Below, one piece after another: positions 10,518 to 21,291 of a stretch of DNA of 64,000 bases. Made by a program: the position numbers and the translations under genes. Numbering within the stretch: the first letter of the stretch is position 1; each line of letters begins with the position of its first letter. The notes beneath the pieces are model-generated. The model searched no databases, was not told the DNA's origin, and was given only the letters and a program-made list of their open reading frames with translations. The DNA comes from Candidatus Moraniibacteriota bacterium (lineage in GTDB: Bacteria > Patescibacteriota > Minisyncoccia > Moranbacterales > UBA2206), in the NCBI GenBank assembly GCA_026396175.1, contig JAPLXG010000006.1:2895-66894 (forward strand), in the 5' to 3' direction.

Positions 10518-11735
10518 TTAGTTGCTGGAGTTTTCTGTCGGCTTTTCTATCGTCGGTAGTGGTGGTGTGGGTGGAGTGGTTGTTGCTGGCGCTGGAGTGA
10601 TCGTTACTGGCGCGACTTCGGTTTTTGCACCGCTGAGTTTGTCAATAATTGAGCGCAATGTTAGTTTTGTCGTGCCAATGAGCAATTTATTTTTATAGAC
10701 CGAATAATCAACGGAAAGTTTGTCCGGCGAGATGATATTTTGATAGCGGATATTTGCGTCGAGATAGGCGCTGCTGGCGAAGAGTTTGTCAGTTTTATAT
10801 TCGGAAGTGAAAAAGAGCGGGCTGATTTCATTGGCGAGATTTTTTTCTTCTGACAGAAGTACTTTTGTCAGATTGATGTCATCTCTTGATTCGATGGCGA
10901 TACCTGTTCTTGGACCGGCTATATCGTTATAGACGAATAGGCTAAAATTATTTCCCATAAGGGCAAAAACTGCAGGAGAGAGTTTCAGCCCCAGGAGACC
11001 GGAAAAATCTTTGAAACTAAGCGGTGTATTTTGCGCATCGGTTATGACGAATTCGACGGGTGAGGCGTAGCCTTCTTGCGAAACTTGTCCCAGGGTTGTT
11101 TTTATTTTTTCTGTGATTACGCTGCCTTCTTCCAGGTGAAGATAGTTAGGATTTTCTTGCGAGTAGGAAAGCGTCGGCTTTGCAGGAGGAACTTCCACGG
11201 GAGTTTCCGCGGGCGCTGTGAAGAGCGGTTGTTTTTGTAGCTCAGAGTTGGTTTTTAAATATGAATATCCGGCCCAGCCCAAGGAGATTATCAGGAGAAA
11301 AGAAACGATAGAGAGGGTAATTAGGCGCAATTTGGGGTTGGGAGTGGCGGAGTTTTTTAGTAGCGGCTGTGTATTTTTTTGATCAAAGGGGCTTGCAGTT
11401 GGCGTTTTCTTTTCTGCTTGCGAAAAGGTCAAAGTATTTTCATCGTTCATTTTCGGATCATTTTTCGTCATGCCATTGATTTTCAAGGAATCATCACCGC
11501 CTAGGTTCAAAAAGGGACTGCTCTTTTGCTTTTGGGATAAATTGAGTGGAGCGGGATTATTTTGTGGCACGATTACGCCATGTTGCATGCTCGGGTTTTC
11601 CAGGTTTTCTAAATCTTCGCGCATCGTGTGAATCGGCGTGTCTTCAATATTGAAATTTTTTTGCTGACTTAAATTCAAAGGACTGTTTTTATTTTCTTCT
11701 TGAGTTTGAGAAGTTTTTTTTGTGAAGCCAAACAT
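10518..11735 (-). CDS. hypothetical single-TM protein
   Basis: 405-aa ORF, disordered N-terminus, one TM, Pro/Thr tail. Confidence 0.75.
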   Translation of the reverse strand: MFGFTKKTSQTQEENKNSPLNLSQQKNFNIEDTPIHTMREDLENLENPSMQHGVIVPQNNPAPLNLSQKQKSSPFLNLGGDDSLKINGMTKNDPKMNDENTLTFSQAEKKTPTASPFDQKNTQPLLKNSATPNPKLRLITLSIVSFLLIISLGWAGYSYLKTNSELQKQPLFTAPAETPVEVPPAKPTLSYSQENPNYLHLEEGSVITEKIKTTLGQVSQEGYASPVEFVITDAQNTPLSFKDFSGLLGLKLSPAVFALMGNNFSLFVYNDIAGPRTGIAIESRDDINLTKVLLSEEKNLANEISPLFFTSEYKTDKLFASSAYLDANIRYQNIISPDKLSVDYSVYKNKLLIGTTKLTLRSIIDKLSGAKTEVAPVTITPAPATTTPPTPPLPTIEKPTENSSN

Positions 11736-11742
11736 TTTTTTA

Positions 11743-11872
11743 TTTATCCCCCACCACTTTTTCGCTCGCGTTTGCGATGTGGCTGAGGAATGTTTTTTAT
11801 TAAGCTATTTATAGAACATCAAAGCAGGTTTATCAAATAAAATTCAAAAGCGAAAAAGTGGTGGGGGATAAA
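11743..11872. repeat. element bounded by 24-bp perfect inverted repeats
   Basis: tttatcccccaccactttttcgct ... agcgaaaaagtggtgggggataaa; arms resemble the CCCCACACCATTT family. Confidence 0.8.
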
Positions 11873-11876
11873 AAAA

Positions 11877-11903
11877 TAGAAGCGGATTTTCTCCGCTTCT
11901 ATT
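11877..11903 (-). terminator. terminator downstream of pnp
   Basis: atagaagcgga-ttttc-tccgcttctat hairpin. Confidence 0.65.
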
Positions 11904-11932
11904 ATAAAACACAATTCGATTTTTGACCAATT

Positions 11933-14080
11933 TTAAATTTCCGCCTGTTGCGCGAGTCTTGCCGAAAGGTTGATTCGGCCTTGAGAATCGATTTCTTTAA
12001 CCTTGACTTTGACGATATCGCCAACGCTCAGGACATCTTCCACTTTTTCAATCCGGCGTTCTGCGATTTCGGAAATGTGAATGAGACCTTCTTGTCCTGG
12101 GAGGATTTCGGCAAAGGCGCCGAAAGCCATAATGCGAGTTACTTTCGCATTAAAAATTTCTCCCGCTTTCACTTCGTGGGTAAGATTGTCAATCCATTCT
12201 TTGGCCTTGGCAGCAGAAACTTGATCGGGAGATGTGATAAAAATCATACCGCTATCCTCAATGTCAATTTGCACGCCAGTTTGGTCGATAATTTCATTGA
12301 TGATCTTGCCACCAGAGCCGATGACATTTCTGATTTTTTCCGGATTAATTTGCATCGTGATGATTCTTGGTGCGTATTGGGACATTTCAACTCGAGGAGC
12401 TGGCAAAACATCGGTGATTTTTTTCAAAATTTCCAAACGATTTTGATGGGATTGAGCAAGCACGGCAGAAAGCATTTCCAGCGTTACTCCGTCGACTTTC
12501 ACATCCATTTGCATCGCTGTGATGCCTTTTTCTGTTCCCGCCACTTTAAAGTCCATATCACCATAATGATCTTCCAAGCCTTGGATGTCAGTGAGAATTT
12601 TGAACTGATTGTCTTTTCCGACAATAATTCCCATTGCAATGCCAGAAACTGGTCGCTTGATCGGTACGCCGGCATCCATTAGTGATAGGGTTGAGCCACA
12701 AGTAGCAGCCATTGAAGACGAGCCGTTGGAAGAAAGAATTTCGGAAACCAAAAGAATGGTGTAGGGAAAATCTTCTTTGGAAGGCAAAACTGGAACGAGC
12801 GCTTTTTCAGCGAGAGCACCGTGACCGATTTCGCGTCTTCCGGGGCCTCTCATCGGCTTAACTTCTCCAACTGAAAAAGGTGGGAAATTATAGTGGTGGA
12901 TATAGCGTTTCTTCATATCCACTTCCATTGTATCGATAATTTGTTGATCGCCAGGTGAGCCAAGCGTGGTTACTGTAAGTGCTTGGGTTTCTCCACGAGT
13001 GAAAAGACTAGTGCCGTGTGTGCGGGGCAAAATTCCGGTGCGACATTCAATGTGACGGATTTCATCTAGCTTTCTTGAATCCGGGCGTAATTCTTTCTCC
13101 AAGATATTTTTGTGCACGATTTCATCGGACACTTCTTCAAATACGATTTCGGCCACTTCTTTCAATTTATCTGCTTCTTCGGGAAAAGTGGTTTTGATGT
13201 ATTCCTTGACTTTGTCTTGGATAGCGCTCATTTTCTCTTCAATCACCTTTTTATCCTTGTCATAAAGCGCTTCAGCCAAATTTTCTGAGAGCAAAATTTC
13301 TTTTACCTTAGACTCAAACTCCGATGTTCCGGCCACAAGTGTCGGCACATTTTTCTCTTTTCCGACTTCTTTTTGTATTTCCAGAATAAAAGTCACGATT
13401 TTCTTGATTGCTTCTTGTCCAAAGGTAAAAGCGCGGAGCATTTCTTCTTCGGAAACTTCCATCGCACCGCTTTCAATCATATTAACTTTGTCGAGACTGC
13501 CGGAAATCAAAAGGTCTAATTCGCCCTCAGTCATTTCGCCATTAGTGACGGGATTCAAGACAAATTCTCCCCCGCCTGCATCGCTATGCGAAGCATTGCG
13601 GGCAGGTTGAGCTTTGCCAACACGAACTGCGGCAACTGGTCCATTCCAAGGAATATTGGAAATAGCCAGCGCGGTTGAAGCGGCAATAATGGCTAGGGTA
13701 TCCGGGTCATTTTCTCCATCATAGGAAAGTACGGTCACAATCACTTGCACGTCATTTCTCATTCTATGGTTAAAAAGTGGGCGGATTGTGCGATCAACCG
13801 CTCGTCCAGAGAGGACAGCGTCGTCAGATGGACGACCTTCGCGCTTGATGAAACGTGAGCCCTTGATTTTTCCCGCGGCATAATAGCGCTCTTCGAAATC
13901 CACCATCAGGGGAAAATAGCCACTAACGCGCGATGCGCCTTTGCTCATAACGGCCGTGGCAAGCACAACTGTGTCGCCATAGCGCACGGTAACGGCGCCA
14001 TTAGCCTGTCCGGCGAGAAGGCCGGTCTCAATCTCCAAAATTCGTCCTCCGATTTGGAGAGACCATTTCTTTTGCTCCAT
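11933..14080 (-). CDS. pnp: polyribonucleotide nucleotidyltransferase
   Basis: RREIGHGALAE, SNGSSSMA, DMDFKVAG, KH and S1 domains. Confidence 0.98.
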   Translation of the reverse strand: MEQKKWSLQIGGRILEIETGLLAGQANGAVTVRYGDTVVLATAVMSKGASRVSGYFPLMVDFEERYYAAGKIKGSRFIKREGRPSDDAVLSGRAVDRTIRPLFNHRMRNDVQVIVTVLSYDGENDPDTLAIIAASTALAISNIPWNGPVAAVRVGKAQPARNASHSDAGGGEFVLNPVTNGEMTEGELDLLISGSLDKVNMIESGAMEVSEEEMLRAFTFGQEAIKKIVTFILEIQKEVGKEKNVPTLVAGTSEFESKVKEILLSENLAEALYDKDKKVIEEKMSAIQDKVKEYIKTTFPEEADKLKEVAEIVFEEVSDEIVHKNILEKELRPDSRKLDEIRHIECRTGILPRTHGTSLFTRGETQALTVTTLGSPGDQQIIDTMEVDMKKRYIHHYNFPPFSVGEVKPMRGPGRREIGHGALAEKALVPVLPSKEDFPYTILLVSEILSSNGSSSMAATCGSTLSLMDAGVPIKRPVSGIAMGIIVGKDNQFKILTDIQGLEDHYGDMDFKVAGTEKGITAMQMDVKVDGVTLEMLSAVLAQSHQNRLEILKKITDVLPAPRVEMSQYAPRIITMQINPEKIRNVIGSGGKIINEIIDQTGVQIDIEDSGMIFITSPDQVSAAKAKEWIDNLTHEVKAGEIFNAKVTRIMAFGAFAEILPGQEGLIHISEIAERRIEKVEDVLSVGDIVKVKVKEIDSQGRINLSARLAQQAEI

Positions 14081-14323
14081 TCAATTGTTGCGAAGCCTCA
14101 GTTGGCCCTAAATTGAGCCAGAAAGCAAGATGTATGACGATGATTTACGAATTGAGATTTACAAGCCTTATAAACCTTAATTCATAAATCCTCACACTTT
14201 TTGCTTTAAAAAGGGACTTCTTAATAAATATTTAACAAACTAACTCTAGCTTAGTTTTGCGGTTTTGGCAAGTTTTTAGCAGTTTATGAGGACCGTCCTC
14301 AGCAGAGGACGGTCATTGATCAA

Positions 14324-14749
14324 TCAAAGCGAAACGTTGACAATTTGCATTCGTGGCTTGTCAGAGATGACTGCGGTTTTAGAAAAAGCCAAATAACCCG
14401 GAATGAGCAGATTAAGCGGAGAGATGATCATTAGAATTCCCAACCATTCCGCTTTTTGCAAAATTTTGCAGATTCCCATCCAAACGAGGATATAAACAAT
14501 AAGATTAGCCAGGGGAATGAAAAACCACACAATCCACCAAGTTGGTTTTTTGGCAATTTGGAGTGCGAGAAGCATATCCAGAATGGGAATCCAAGCAAAC
14601 CAAGCATTCTGGGTGTTGGTTTTTTTGGCAATCTTCATTAAGCACACGGACATATAGATGTAATAGGCCAAAAGAAAGAGAACTATGAAAGTAATAATCC
14701 CTACAGCAATTGGCAACACGGCTTCGGTTGGGATGTTTGTTTGGTTCAT
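14324..14749 (-). CDS. DUF5684-like small membrane protein
   Basis: WFAWIPI..K.TWW motif, hydrophobic. Confidence 0.7.
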   Translation of the reverse strand: MNQTNIPTEAVLPIAVGIITFIVLFLLAYYIYMSVCLMKIAKKTNTQNAWFAWIPILDMLLALQIAKKPTWWIVWFFIPLANLIVYILVWMGICKILQKAEWLGILMIISPLNLLIPGYLAFSKTAVISDKPRMQIVNVSL

Positions 14750-14902
14750 GATATTTTAGGCAGGAGCGGGTTTGTAACCCGGTCCTTTTGTTTTACGGAT
14801 TTTAATATTTTTGCTGACTTAGGCTTGCAATGCTATTTTTGAGTTTATGCAAGTTAGTAAACCATGCGAAGCCCCGCCTAGGCGGGACTCCTGCGAAGGA
14901 AA

Positions 14903-15400
14903 CTAAATTAAAAACTTTTTTTTATTCTCGCTCAAATTAATAAAATCATCTAATTCTTCAACTAATTTATTACTAGTCGATTCCATAAAAGCGATACCTT
15001 CCATGCGGCAACCGGTGGTTGACTGGATATATTTGACTAAAGGAATGTAATCGCCGTCACCGGAAACGAGGACAATAGCGTCAAGTGTTTTTGACATCTT
15101 GATGGCGTCCACTGCGATTCCCACATCCCAATCCCCTTTTTTCGCTCCACCGGGAAAGATTTGCAGGTCTTTAGTTTTGACTTCATAGCCGACTTTTTCC
15201 AGCGCGTCAAAAAATTTTTCTTCCTGACCCTCTAGTGTTTTAATCCCATAGGCAATGGCGCGGATCAGTTTGCGATCGCCCACAGCTGCTTTCAGAACTT
15301 GGTCAAAGTTGACTTTTTTTTGGTACAGCACCTTGGCGCTGTAGTAGAGGTTTTGAATATCCACCAAAACACCGATGCGTTGTTCTTTGTATATGCTCAC
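14903..15400 (-). CDS. NYN/LabA (DUF88) domain protein
   Basis: VDIQNLY, KGDWDVGIAVD, LVSGDGDY; probable GTG start. Confidence 0.92.
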   Translation of the reverse strand: MSIYKEQRIGVLVDIQNLYYSAKVLYQKKVNFDQVLKAAVGDRKLIRAIAYGIKTLEGQEEKFFDALEKVGYEVKTKDLQIFPGGAKKGDWDVGIAVDAIKMSKTLDAIVLVSGDGDYIPLVKYIQSTTGCRMEGIAFMESTSNKLVEELDDFINLSENKKKFLI

Positions 15401-15498
15401 ATATTTTATACAAATTTGGACATATTTTACACAAAAACACAAATTAAATTTGTGTCTCTGTGTCTAATTTGTTCCAAATTTGCGTTTAATTTGTTTTA

Positions 15499-15768
15499 CT
15501 AGCCCTTGAGTTCTAATTTCTTAATCAAGGCCTTATAATTTTTCTCGTTAGTTTTTTTCAAGTAGTCAAGCAGTCTCTTGCGTTTTGAGACCATCTTGAG
15601 AAGTCCGCGGCGGGAATGGAAATCTTTAGCGTTTTTCTTGAGGTGAGCGGTCAGTTTCTTGATTTGTTCTGTGAAAAGAGCGACTTGGTATTCTGGCGAA
15701 CCAGTGTCCTTTTCGTGTCTTTTGACATCGCCGGTTACTTTCGCTTTTTGCTTGCCTGTGAGAGCCAT
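15499..15768 (-). CDS. rpsO: 30S ribosomal protein S15
   Basis: DTGSPEYQVA, KDFHSRRGL. Confidence 0.98.
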   Translation of the reverse strand: MALTGKQKAKVTGDVKRHEKDTGSPEYQVALFTEQIKKLTAHLKKNAKDFHSRRGLLKMVSKRKRLLDYLKKTNEKNYKALIKKLELKG

Positions 15769-15887
15769 AGCGTTTTTGAGGCAAAACAGAGGTTGCGACT
15801 ATGCGTCAACTGCTGTTTGCTAATAAATGATTATAGTTAAACGATATACTAGAATCGGAGTTTTGGCAAGCTTTTCACAAAAAAAGA

Positions 15888-16060
15888 TGTTATCCTGAGC
15901 GAAGTCTGTTTCGTTAAGCCGGCGAACGGACGCAGTCGAAGCCTGTCTGCCGGTAGGCAGGGATCTGCCAACCACTATCACAAACTTTCTGTGATATAGC
16001 AAGACTTACGATAACCCATAGCAGATTCTTCGACTCCACTGCGTTACGCTCAGAATGACA
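15888..16060. mobile_element. family B MITE-like element (reverse orientation) with a 20-nt palindrome inserted
   Basis: tgttatcctgagcg ... cgctcagaatgaca; cctgtctgccggtaggcagg at 15942-15961 splits gtcgaag|gatctgc. Confidence 0.82.
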
Positions 16061-16104
16061 ATATTTTTTTATCTCAAATTCTCCTCTTATGCTACAATAC
16101 TTTT

Positions 16105-18315
16105 ATGGCAAATATCTTAGAAAATTTAAATCAATCGCAACGCGAGGCGGTGGAAACGACGGAAGGCGCGGTTTTAGTGATTGCTGGCGCCGGATCGGGA
16201 AAAACGCGAGCGTTGACTTTTCGCACTGCCTATTTGATTTGCGAAAAAGGCGTGCGGCCCGGGCAAATTTTGGCGGTAACTTTCACCAATAAGGCGGCCA
16301 AGGAAATGCAAGAGCGGATTGCGCAGCTATTGGCGGACAGTGGTTTCAAAGGAAAGCTACCATTGGTTGGTACATTTCATTCTATTTGTGCTAGAATTCT
16401 CCGCTCAGAGATTGGCAAGTTGGGTTTTGAAAGCAATTTTAACATCTTCGATGCGCAGGATCAGCAGAGTTTGGTGAAAAAAACGATGAAAGAATTGGGC
16501 GTTGATCCGACGCAATTTCGTCCACAAAGTATTCTCGGTGCCATTTCTAAGGCCAAAAATGAACTAATTGATGCAAAAATGTTTCAAGAAAGAGTCGGTG
16601 GCTATTGGGAAGAAATTGTCTCGAAAGTCTACGTCGCCTATCAGGAACGGCTCAAAAAGAATAACGCGCTGGATTTTGATGACATCTTAATGTTACTCGT
16701 TCAAATTTTCCGCACTTTTCCAGAAGTGCTCGAGAAATATCAAAACATCTTTCGCTATATTATGGTGGACGAATATCAAGATACCAATCATGCGCAGTAT
16801 ATGCTCATTAAGATGCTAGCTGATAAGCACAAAAACATTTGCGTCGTCGGGGACGACTGGCAAGGGATTTATTCTTGGCGCGGAGCCAATATCCAAAACA
16901 TTTTGGATTTTGAAAAAGACTATCCAGCCGCGAAGGTTGTGAAATTGGAACAAAATTATCGCTCCACTCAGCAAATCTTGGACGCGGCTTATGGTGTGAT
17001 TTCCAAAAATATCAATCGCAAAGATAAGAAAATATGGACGGAGAATAAAACGGGACATCTCTTGGCTTCCTATGAAGCCGATGATGAGAGCGATGAAGCG
17101 CAGTTTATTGTTTCGGAGGTAATTAGTTTAAGAAATAAGGGTGTAAAACTCAATAACATCGTTGTGCTTTATAGGACCAATGCCCAGTCGCGGATCATTG
17201 AAGAAGCGCTACTTGGCGATTCCATCCCATATCGGATTATTGGTGGATTGAAATTCTACCAAAGAAAAGAAATCAAAGATATTATTGCCTATTTGCGTTT
17301 GATTGAGAATTTTAATGACGAAATTTCTTTGGAGCGGATCATAAACGAACCGAAGAGGGGGATTGGTGATAAGACGGTGGAAAAGTGGGTTATGGCTGCC
17401 AAAGAGGCTAGCTTGAGCCTGATTGATGCCGGCTCTAAAATTTCCAATTTCCAATTTCCAACCTTGCCTACCGGCAGGCAGGTTTCCAATCAAATTCAAA
17501 TTTCAAATGACAAGATTAGTAAATTAAGAGCGGAGAGCATTATAAAGTTTTGCGATTTTATTAAGCGGATGAGTGAGGTGAGAAATAAGCTGACATTGGC
17601 GGATTTTGTTCAGAAAGTTTTTTCCGAAAGTGGCTACGAGCGGCAGTTGCTTGATGGAACAGATGAGGGGCAGATGCGGCAAGAAAATGTGCGGGAACTC
17701 GTCACTGTTGCCAAAAAATACGACGCTTTTAAGGATGGTGAGGGTTTGCGACTGTTCCTGGAAGAAGTGGCGCTTGTGGCGGACACGGACAACATCGATC
17801 AGTCCAGCGAAGCCGTGCATCTAATGACACTGCACAGTGCTAAGGGTTTAGAATTTCAATATGTGTTTATTATCGGTCTAGAAGAAGGCATCTTGCCGCA
17901 TTCGCGCAGTATGCTTAGTGAAACTGAAATGGAAGAAGAGCGGCGGCTGATGTATGTGGGAATCACGCGTGCCAAGCAAAAAGTTTATCTGCTTTTCACC
18001 AAGATGCGCACAATTTTTGGTTCGACCCAAATTAATGCGCCTTCAAGATTTCTTGATGATATTCCCGCGGAGTTGATTGAAAATGCTGAAAACTCAATCA
18101 TAAATGCTTGCGTGGAAAAGTATGCTACCGCCAGAAAAAAAACTATTCTGACGGAAATGAAAACAAGCTACAAAGGCGGAGAAAGAATTAGTCACGAAAA
18201 ATTTGGCGAAGGACTGGTAATTTCTTCGCAAGGCGATATTATTACTGTGGCTTTTAAGAAAGTGGGTCTGAAAAAACTTTCCAGCTCTTTGGCGCCGATT
18301 CGGAAAATAGAATAA
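16105..18315 (+). CDS. pcrA: PcrA/UvrD superfamily 1 DNA helicase
   Basis: AGAGSGKT, VDEYQDTN, TLHSAKGLEF, EEERRLMYVGITRA. Confidence 0.97.
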   Translation: MANILENLNQSQREAVETTEGAVLVIAGAGSGKTRALTFRTAYLICEKGVRPGQILAVTFTNKAAKEMQERIAQLLADSGFKGKLPLVGTFHSICARILRSEIGKLGFESNFNIFDAQDQQSLVKKTMKELGVDPTQFRPQSILGAISKAKNELIDAKMFQERVGGYWEEIVSKVYVAYQERLKKNNALDFDDILMLLVQIFRTFPEVLEKYQNIFRYIMVDEYQDTNHAQYMLIKMLADKHKNICVVGDDWQGIYSWRGANIQNILDFEKDYPAAKVVKLEQNYRSTQQILDAAYGVISKNINRKDKKIWTENKTGHLLASYEADDESDEAQFIVSEVISLRNKGVKLNNIVVLYRTNAQSRIIEEALLGDSIPYRIIGGLKFYQRKEIKDIIAYLRLIENFNDEISLERIINEPKRGIGDKTVEKWVMAAKEASLSLIDAGSKISNFQFPTLPTGRQVSNQIQISNDKISKLRAESIIKFCDFIKRMSEVRNKLTLADFVQKVFSESGYERQLLDGTDEGQMRQENVRELVTVAKKYDAFKDGEGLRLFLEEVALVADTDNIDQSSEAVHLMTLHSAKGLEFQYVFIIGLEEGILPHSRSMLSETEMEEERRLMYVGITRAKQKVYLLFTKMRTIFGSTQINAPSRFLDDIPAELIENAENSIINACVEKYATARKKTILTEMKTSYKGGERISHEKFGEGLVISSQGDIITVAFKKVGLKKLSSSLAPIRKIE

Positions 18316-18327
18316 TTTTTTTCTTCG

Positions 18328-18465
18328 CAGGTTCAGGCGTCCTCGCCTGAACCATCTATTTCTGGTAAAACTAACTAACCAGCCTGTGTTATGAATTTTT
18401 TCATTTATTCTTATTATCTGGCCCAACCAGAAATATGAGATTCAATCGAGACGATTGAACCTGCA
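18328..18465. repeat. REP-like doublet (GCAG + hairpin, inverted pair)
   Basis: gcaggttcaggcgtcctcgcctgaacc ... gattcaatcgagacgattgaacctgc. Confidence 0.65.
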
Positions 18466-18533
18466 TCTCTATACAAAACAAAAAACGTCCTATAGTTCAC
18501 GCCGGACGTTTTTTGTATTTATATCAAAAGAGA

Positions 18534-19676
18534 TTATCGAATAAACCCTTTAATCACCCGGCTACTCTTAGCAACCACGCGAGTGGATTTTTTAGCCCAA
18601 CCCTTGTAATTCATTTCGGAAACAGTGAATGAGTCCGCGCTGACGCTTTCTACGAGCGCCACATGCCCCCACCATGATTCCGAGGTAACCATAACTGCTC
18701 CGACAGTGGGAGTTCTGCTTGTGGCATAGCCGGCCGCCTTAGCATGATAGAGCCAGGTTCCGGCGTTTCCACCCCAAGGAATATTTCTTTTTTGGGCGAC
18801 ATACCAGGTGCAATAGCCATAAGGAAAGCCGTGACTTGATTTTCCGCCGCTGAGTGTTTTTCCAGCTGAATCGAATGATTCATAGGGGCGAGGAACAATC
18901 CCCAGTCCAGTCACTCCGGGCGTCGTCGTTGGCTTGGGTGCCGGAATATCTTTTTGCCCATCTGGAATGGTAATGATATCTCCTGCCTTAACTTCACCAT
19001 CAAGGTGGAGAGAATTAAAGGCAATAATCTTATCCTTATCCGCTTTAAATTGTTTGGCAATACTATTAATATCATCGCCACTTTTAACCGTATAGGTCAC
19101 GCCGGAAACAGGCAGAATAAATATTTTATCGCCAGGCATAATGGAATTGACATCATCAATTGCATTAGCCCAAAGGAGTGTATTGATACTAACATGGTTG
19201 GCGGAGGCAATGGAACCCATCGTATCTCCATTTTTAACTTCATAAATCACCACACCACCATCTTCTTCTGGATCTTTGAGCACAGGACTGTTTTCGCAAA
19301 CCAATGAATTTCCTTGCATAAGCACAGGATCTGGTTTGCCGTCATCCGCCTTTAATGTGGGATCAGGAACGGCGGTTGCTTCAAGCAGTGGCGCAAGTGC
19401 CAGAGACGTTTTTTTATTGGAAGTTAAAAACATCTTGTCCTCCAGAGGACTGGCATAATTATCACTATTGCCAGATCCGAGATAGCCAAAAAGGAATCCA
19501 CTGGAATTTTGTCCGGCAGAAAGATTAGTAGCAGAAACAAGTAGCGCGCTGGAAGCTACCACAACAAAAGAGGAATAATTCCTAAAGATGTGTAAAAGCT
19601 TCACCGTCCGGCGCTTTTTGATAAAAACCACGACCTTTTTTTGGAACAAAAAAAGGCTAGTGATAAAGTCCTTCAA
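18534..19676 (-). CDS. LysM x2 + CHAP peptidoglycan hydrolase
   Basis: YEVKNGDT/YTVKSGD LysM domains; GYCTWY, WGGNAGTW, GHVALVE, VSEMNY; start uncertain. Confidence 0.93.
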   Translation of the reverse strand: MKDFITSLFLFQKKVVVFIKKRRTVKLLHIFRNYSSFVVVASSALLVSATNLSAGQNSSGFLFGYLGSGNSDNYASPLEDKMFLTSNKKTSLALAPLLEATAVPDPTLKADDGKPDPVLMQGNSLVCENSPVLKDPEEDGGVVIYEVKNGDTMGSIASANHVSINTLLWANAIDDVNSIMPGDKIFILPVSGVTYTVKSGDDINSIAKQFKADKDKIIAFNSLHLDGEVKAGDIITIPDGQKDIPAPKPTTTPGVTGLGIVPRPYESFDSAGKTLSGGKSSHGFPYGYCTWYVAQKRNIPWGGNAGTWLYHAKAAGYATSRTPTVGAVMVTSESWWGHVALVESVSADSFTVSEMNYKGWAKKSTRVVAKSSRVIKGFIR

Positions 19677-19883
19677 TTTTTTCTTAGAGGGGATAATTTG
19701 AGAAGTTTTTTGGATTAGATTACTAATACAATTAACCTTTCCTTTAGTTTTAGCAAGAATCTCGCCTGTTCATGGTCTGATTTTCTAGCGAACCTTGGCA
19801 CTAAAACCCTAATTTTTACCTGCTAGACAGTATAGTCTAAGCAGGGATTTTTGTCAATTGAGTTTTTGGTGTAGAATTAGTCT

Positions 19884-20819
19884 ATGGAAATCAAAGAACT
19901 CAAGACCCAATTTCTGGAATATTTGGAAATTGAGAAGGGTCGCTCACAAAAAACAATCGAAAACTACGACCACTACCTCAAGCGCTTTTTAGAGTGGGCA
20001 AAACTCTCAAAACCTGAGCAAATCACAGCGGAAGTGGTGCGTAATTTTCGCATTTATCTTAATCGCTATGAAGATGCGAATGGTCAGAAACTGAAAAAAG
20101 TTACCCAAGGGTTCTATGTGATTGCTATCCGCGGTTTTCTCAAGTTTTTGGCCAAAAGGGACATTCAGACGCTTCAAGCGGAAAAGATTGAGATGGGAAA
20201 GGCGGTAACGCGCGAAGTTGATTTCTTGGAAATGGACGAAGTGGAGCGGATTTTAGCCGCAGCGGATGGAACAGATCTGAAAAGTCTTCGTGATCGAGCG
20301 ATTTTAGAGCTTCTTTTCTCAGCCGGACTGCGGGTTTCCGAGTTGACAGACATCAATCGCGAGAAAATTGACCTCAAAGGGCGAGAACTAAGTGTACGAG
20401 GCAAGGGTGACAAAGTGCGGGTGGTGTTTATCTCCGATTCCGCCTCGCAGGCAATAAGACGTTATTTGGACAAAAGGACAGACGTTGACCCAGCGCTATT
20501 CGTGCGAGATGTTGCCGGACTCAAGAAATTTGAAGGTAAAAATACAAAGAAAGAGGCTAATAACTTAAGGCTAACTCCCAGATCGGTCCAAAGAATCGTC
20601 AAATACTACGCCGTGAAGGCGGGAATAGTCAAAGATGTCCATCCACACACACTCAGGCATTCTTTTGCCACTGATCTTCTCATCAATGGCGCCGATATTC
20701 GCTCAGTGCAAGCCATGCTTGGCCATTCTTCAATCACAACCACGCAGGTTTATACCCATGTTACCAACAAACAGCTCAAAGAAGTCCATCAGGCGTTTCA
20801 TTCGAGGAGGAAGAAATAA
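19884..20819 (+). CDS. XerC/XerD-family tyrosine recombinase
   Basis: GLRVSEL, RGKGDKVR, HPHTLRHSFAT, LGHSSITTTQVY. Confidence 0.95.
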   Translation: MEIKELKTQFLEYLEIEKGRSQKTIENYDHYLKRFLEWAKLSKPEQITAEVVRNFRIYLNRYEDANGQKLKKVTQGFYVIAIRGFLKFLAKRDIQTLQAEKIEMGKAVTREVDFLEMDEVERILAAADGTDLKSLRDRAILELLFSAGLRVSELTDINREKIDLKGRELSVRGKGDKVRVVFISDSASQAIRRYLDKRTDVDPALFVRDVAGLKKFEGKNTKKEANNLRLTPRSVQRIVKYYAVKAGIVKDVHPHTLRHSFATDLLINGADIRSVQAMLGHSSITTTQVYTHVTNKQLKEVHQAFHSRRKK

Positions 20820-20960
20820 GACGTCAGGGGCTTGATTTTTTTAATACGACCAATTACAATAGAAAGATAATATTATTGTGAAAAGGGTTGTTGCTCTTTG
20901 ACAAAAATCTGTTAGAAAACGACAGATTTTTTTGCTTTTAAATCCAATTAAGGAGGGGTC

Positions 20961-21206
20961 ATGAAAAAATTTACGAATAATCGGCTCAGGACAAAAGGGG
21001 CAATTGACGAGATCATTGTCTTTTTGTCAGATAGCCAAGTGGGATTTTCTGAATTACCACCGGAAGTAAAGCTTGACCTGTCAATGAAGTTTTTTCAATG
21101 TGAGAAGGGAAGGCTTCAAAAGGGCAAAATTTATGTGGATTTTTTTGCACATCTAGTACCTCTCACAGTTTCTCTCGCTGCGATGTTCTTCTCTCTCAAA
21201 AAATAG
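20961..21206 (+). CDS. hypothetical protein
   Basis: Strong RBS AAGGAGG; terminator hairpin at 21224-21251. Confidence 0.65.
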   Translation: MKKFTNNRLRTKGAIDEIIVFLSDSQVGFSELPPEVKLDLSMKFFQCEKGRLQKGKIYVDFFAHLVPLTVSLAAMFFSLKK

Positions 21207-21291
21207 GTTGCAAAAGAGATAATCGGGATGGGCTAAACGTTGCCCATCCCGTTTTATTATAAATAAAAAAAGATGCTTTAGAAAAATTTGA

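Noticed and set aside
11948-12682. 244-aa plus-strand ORF and similar antisense ORFs over gyrA, ftsH and fhs
   Set aside because: Shadow frames opposite conserved genes, with no RBS or motifs
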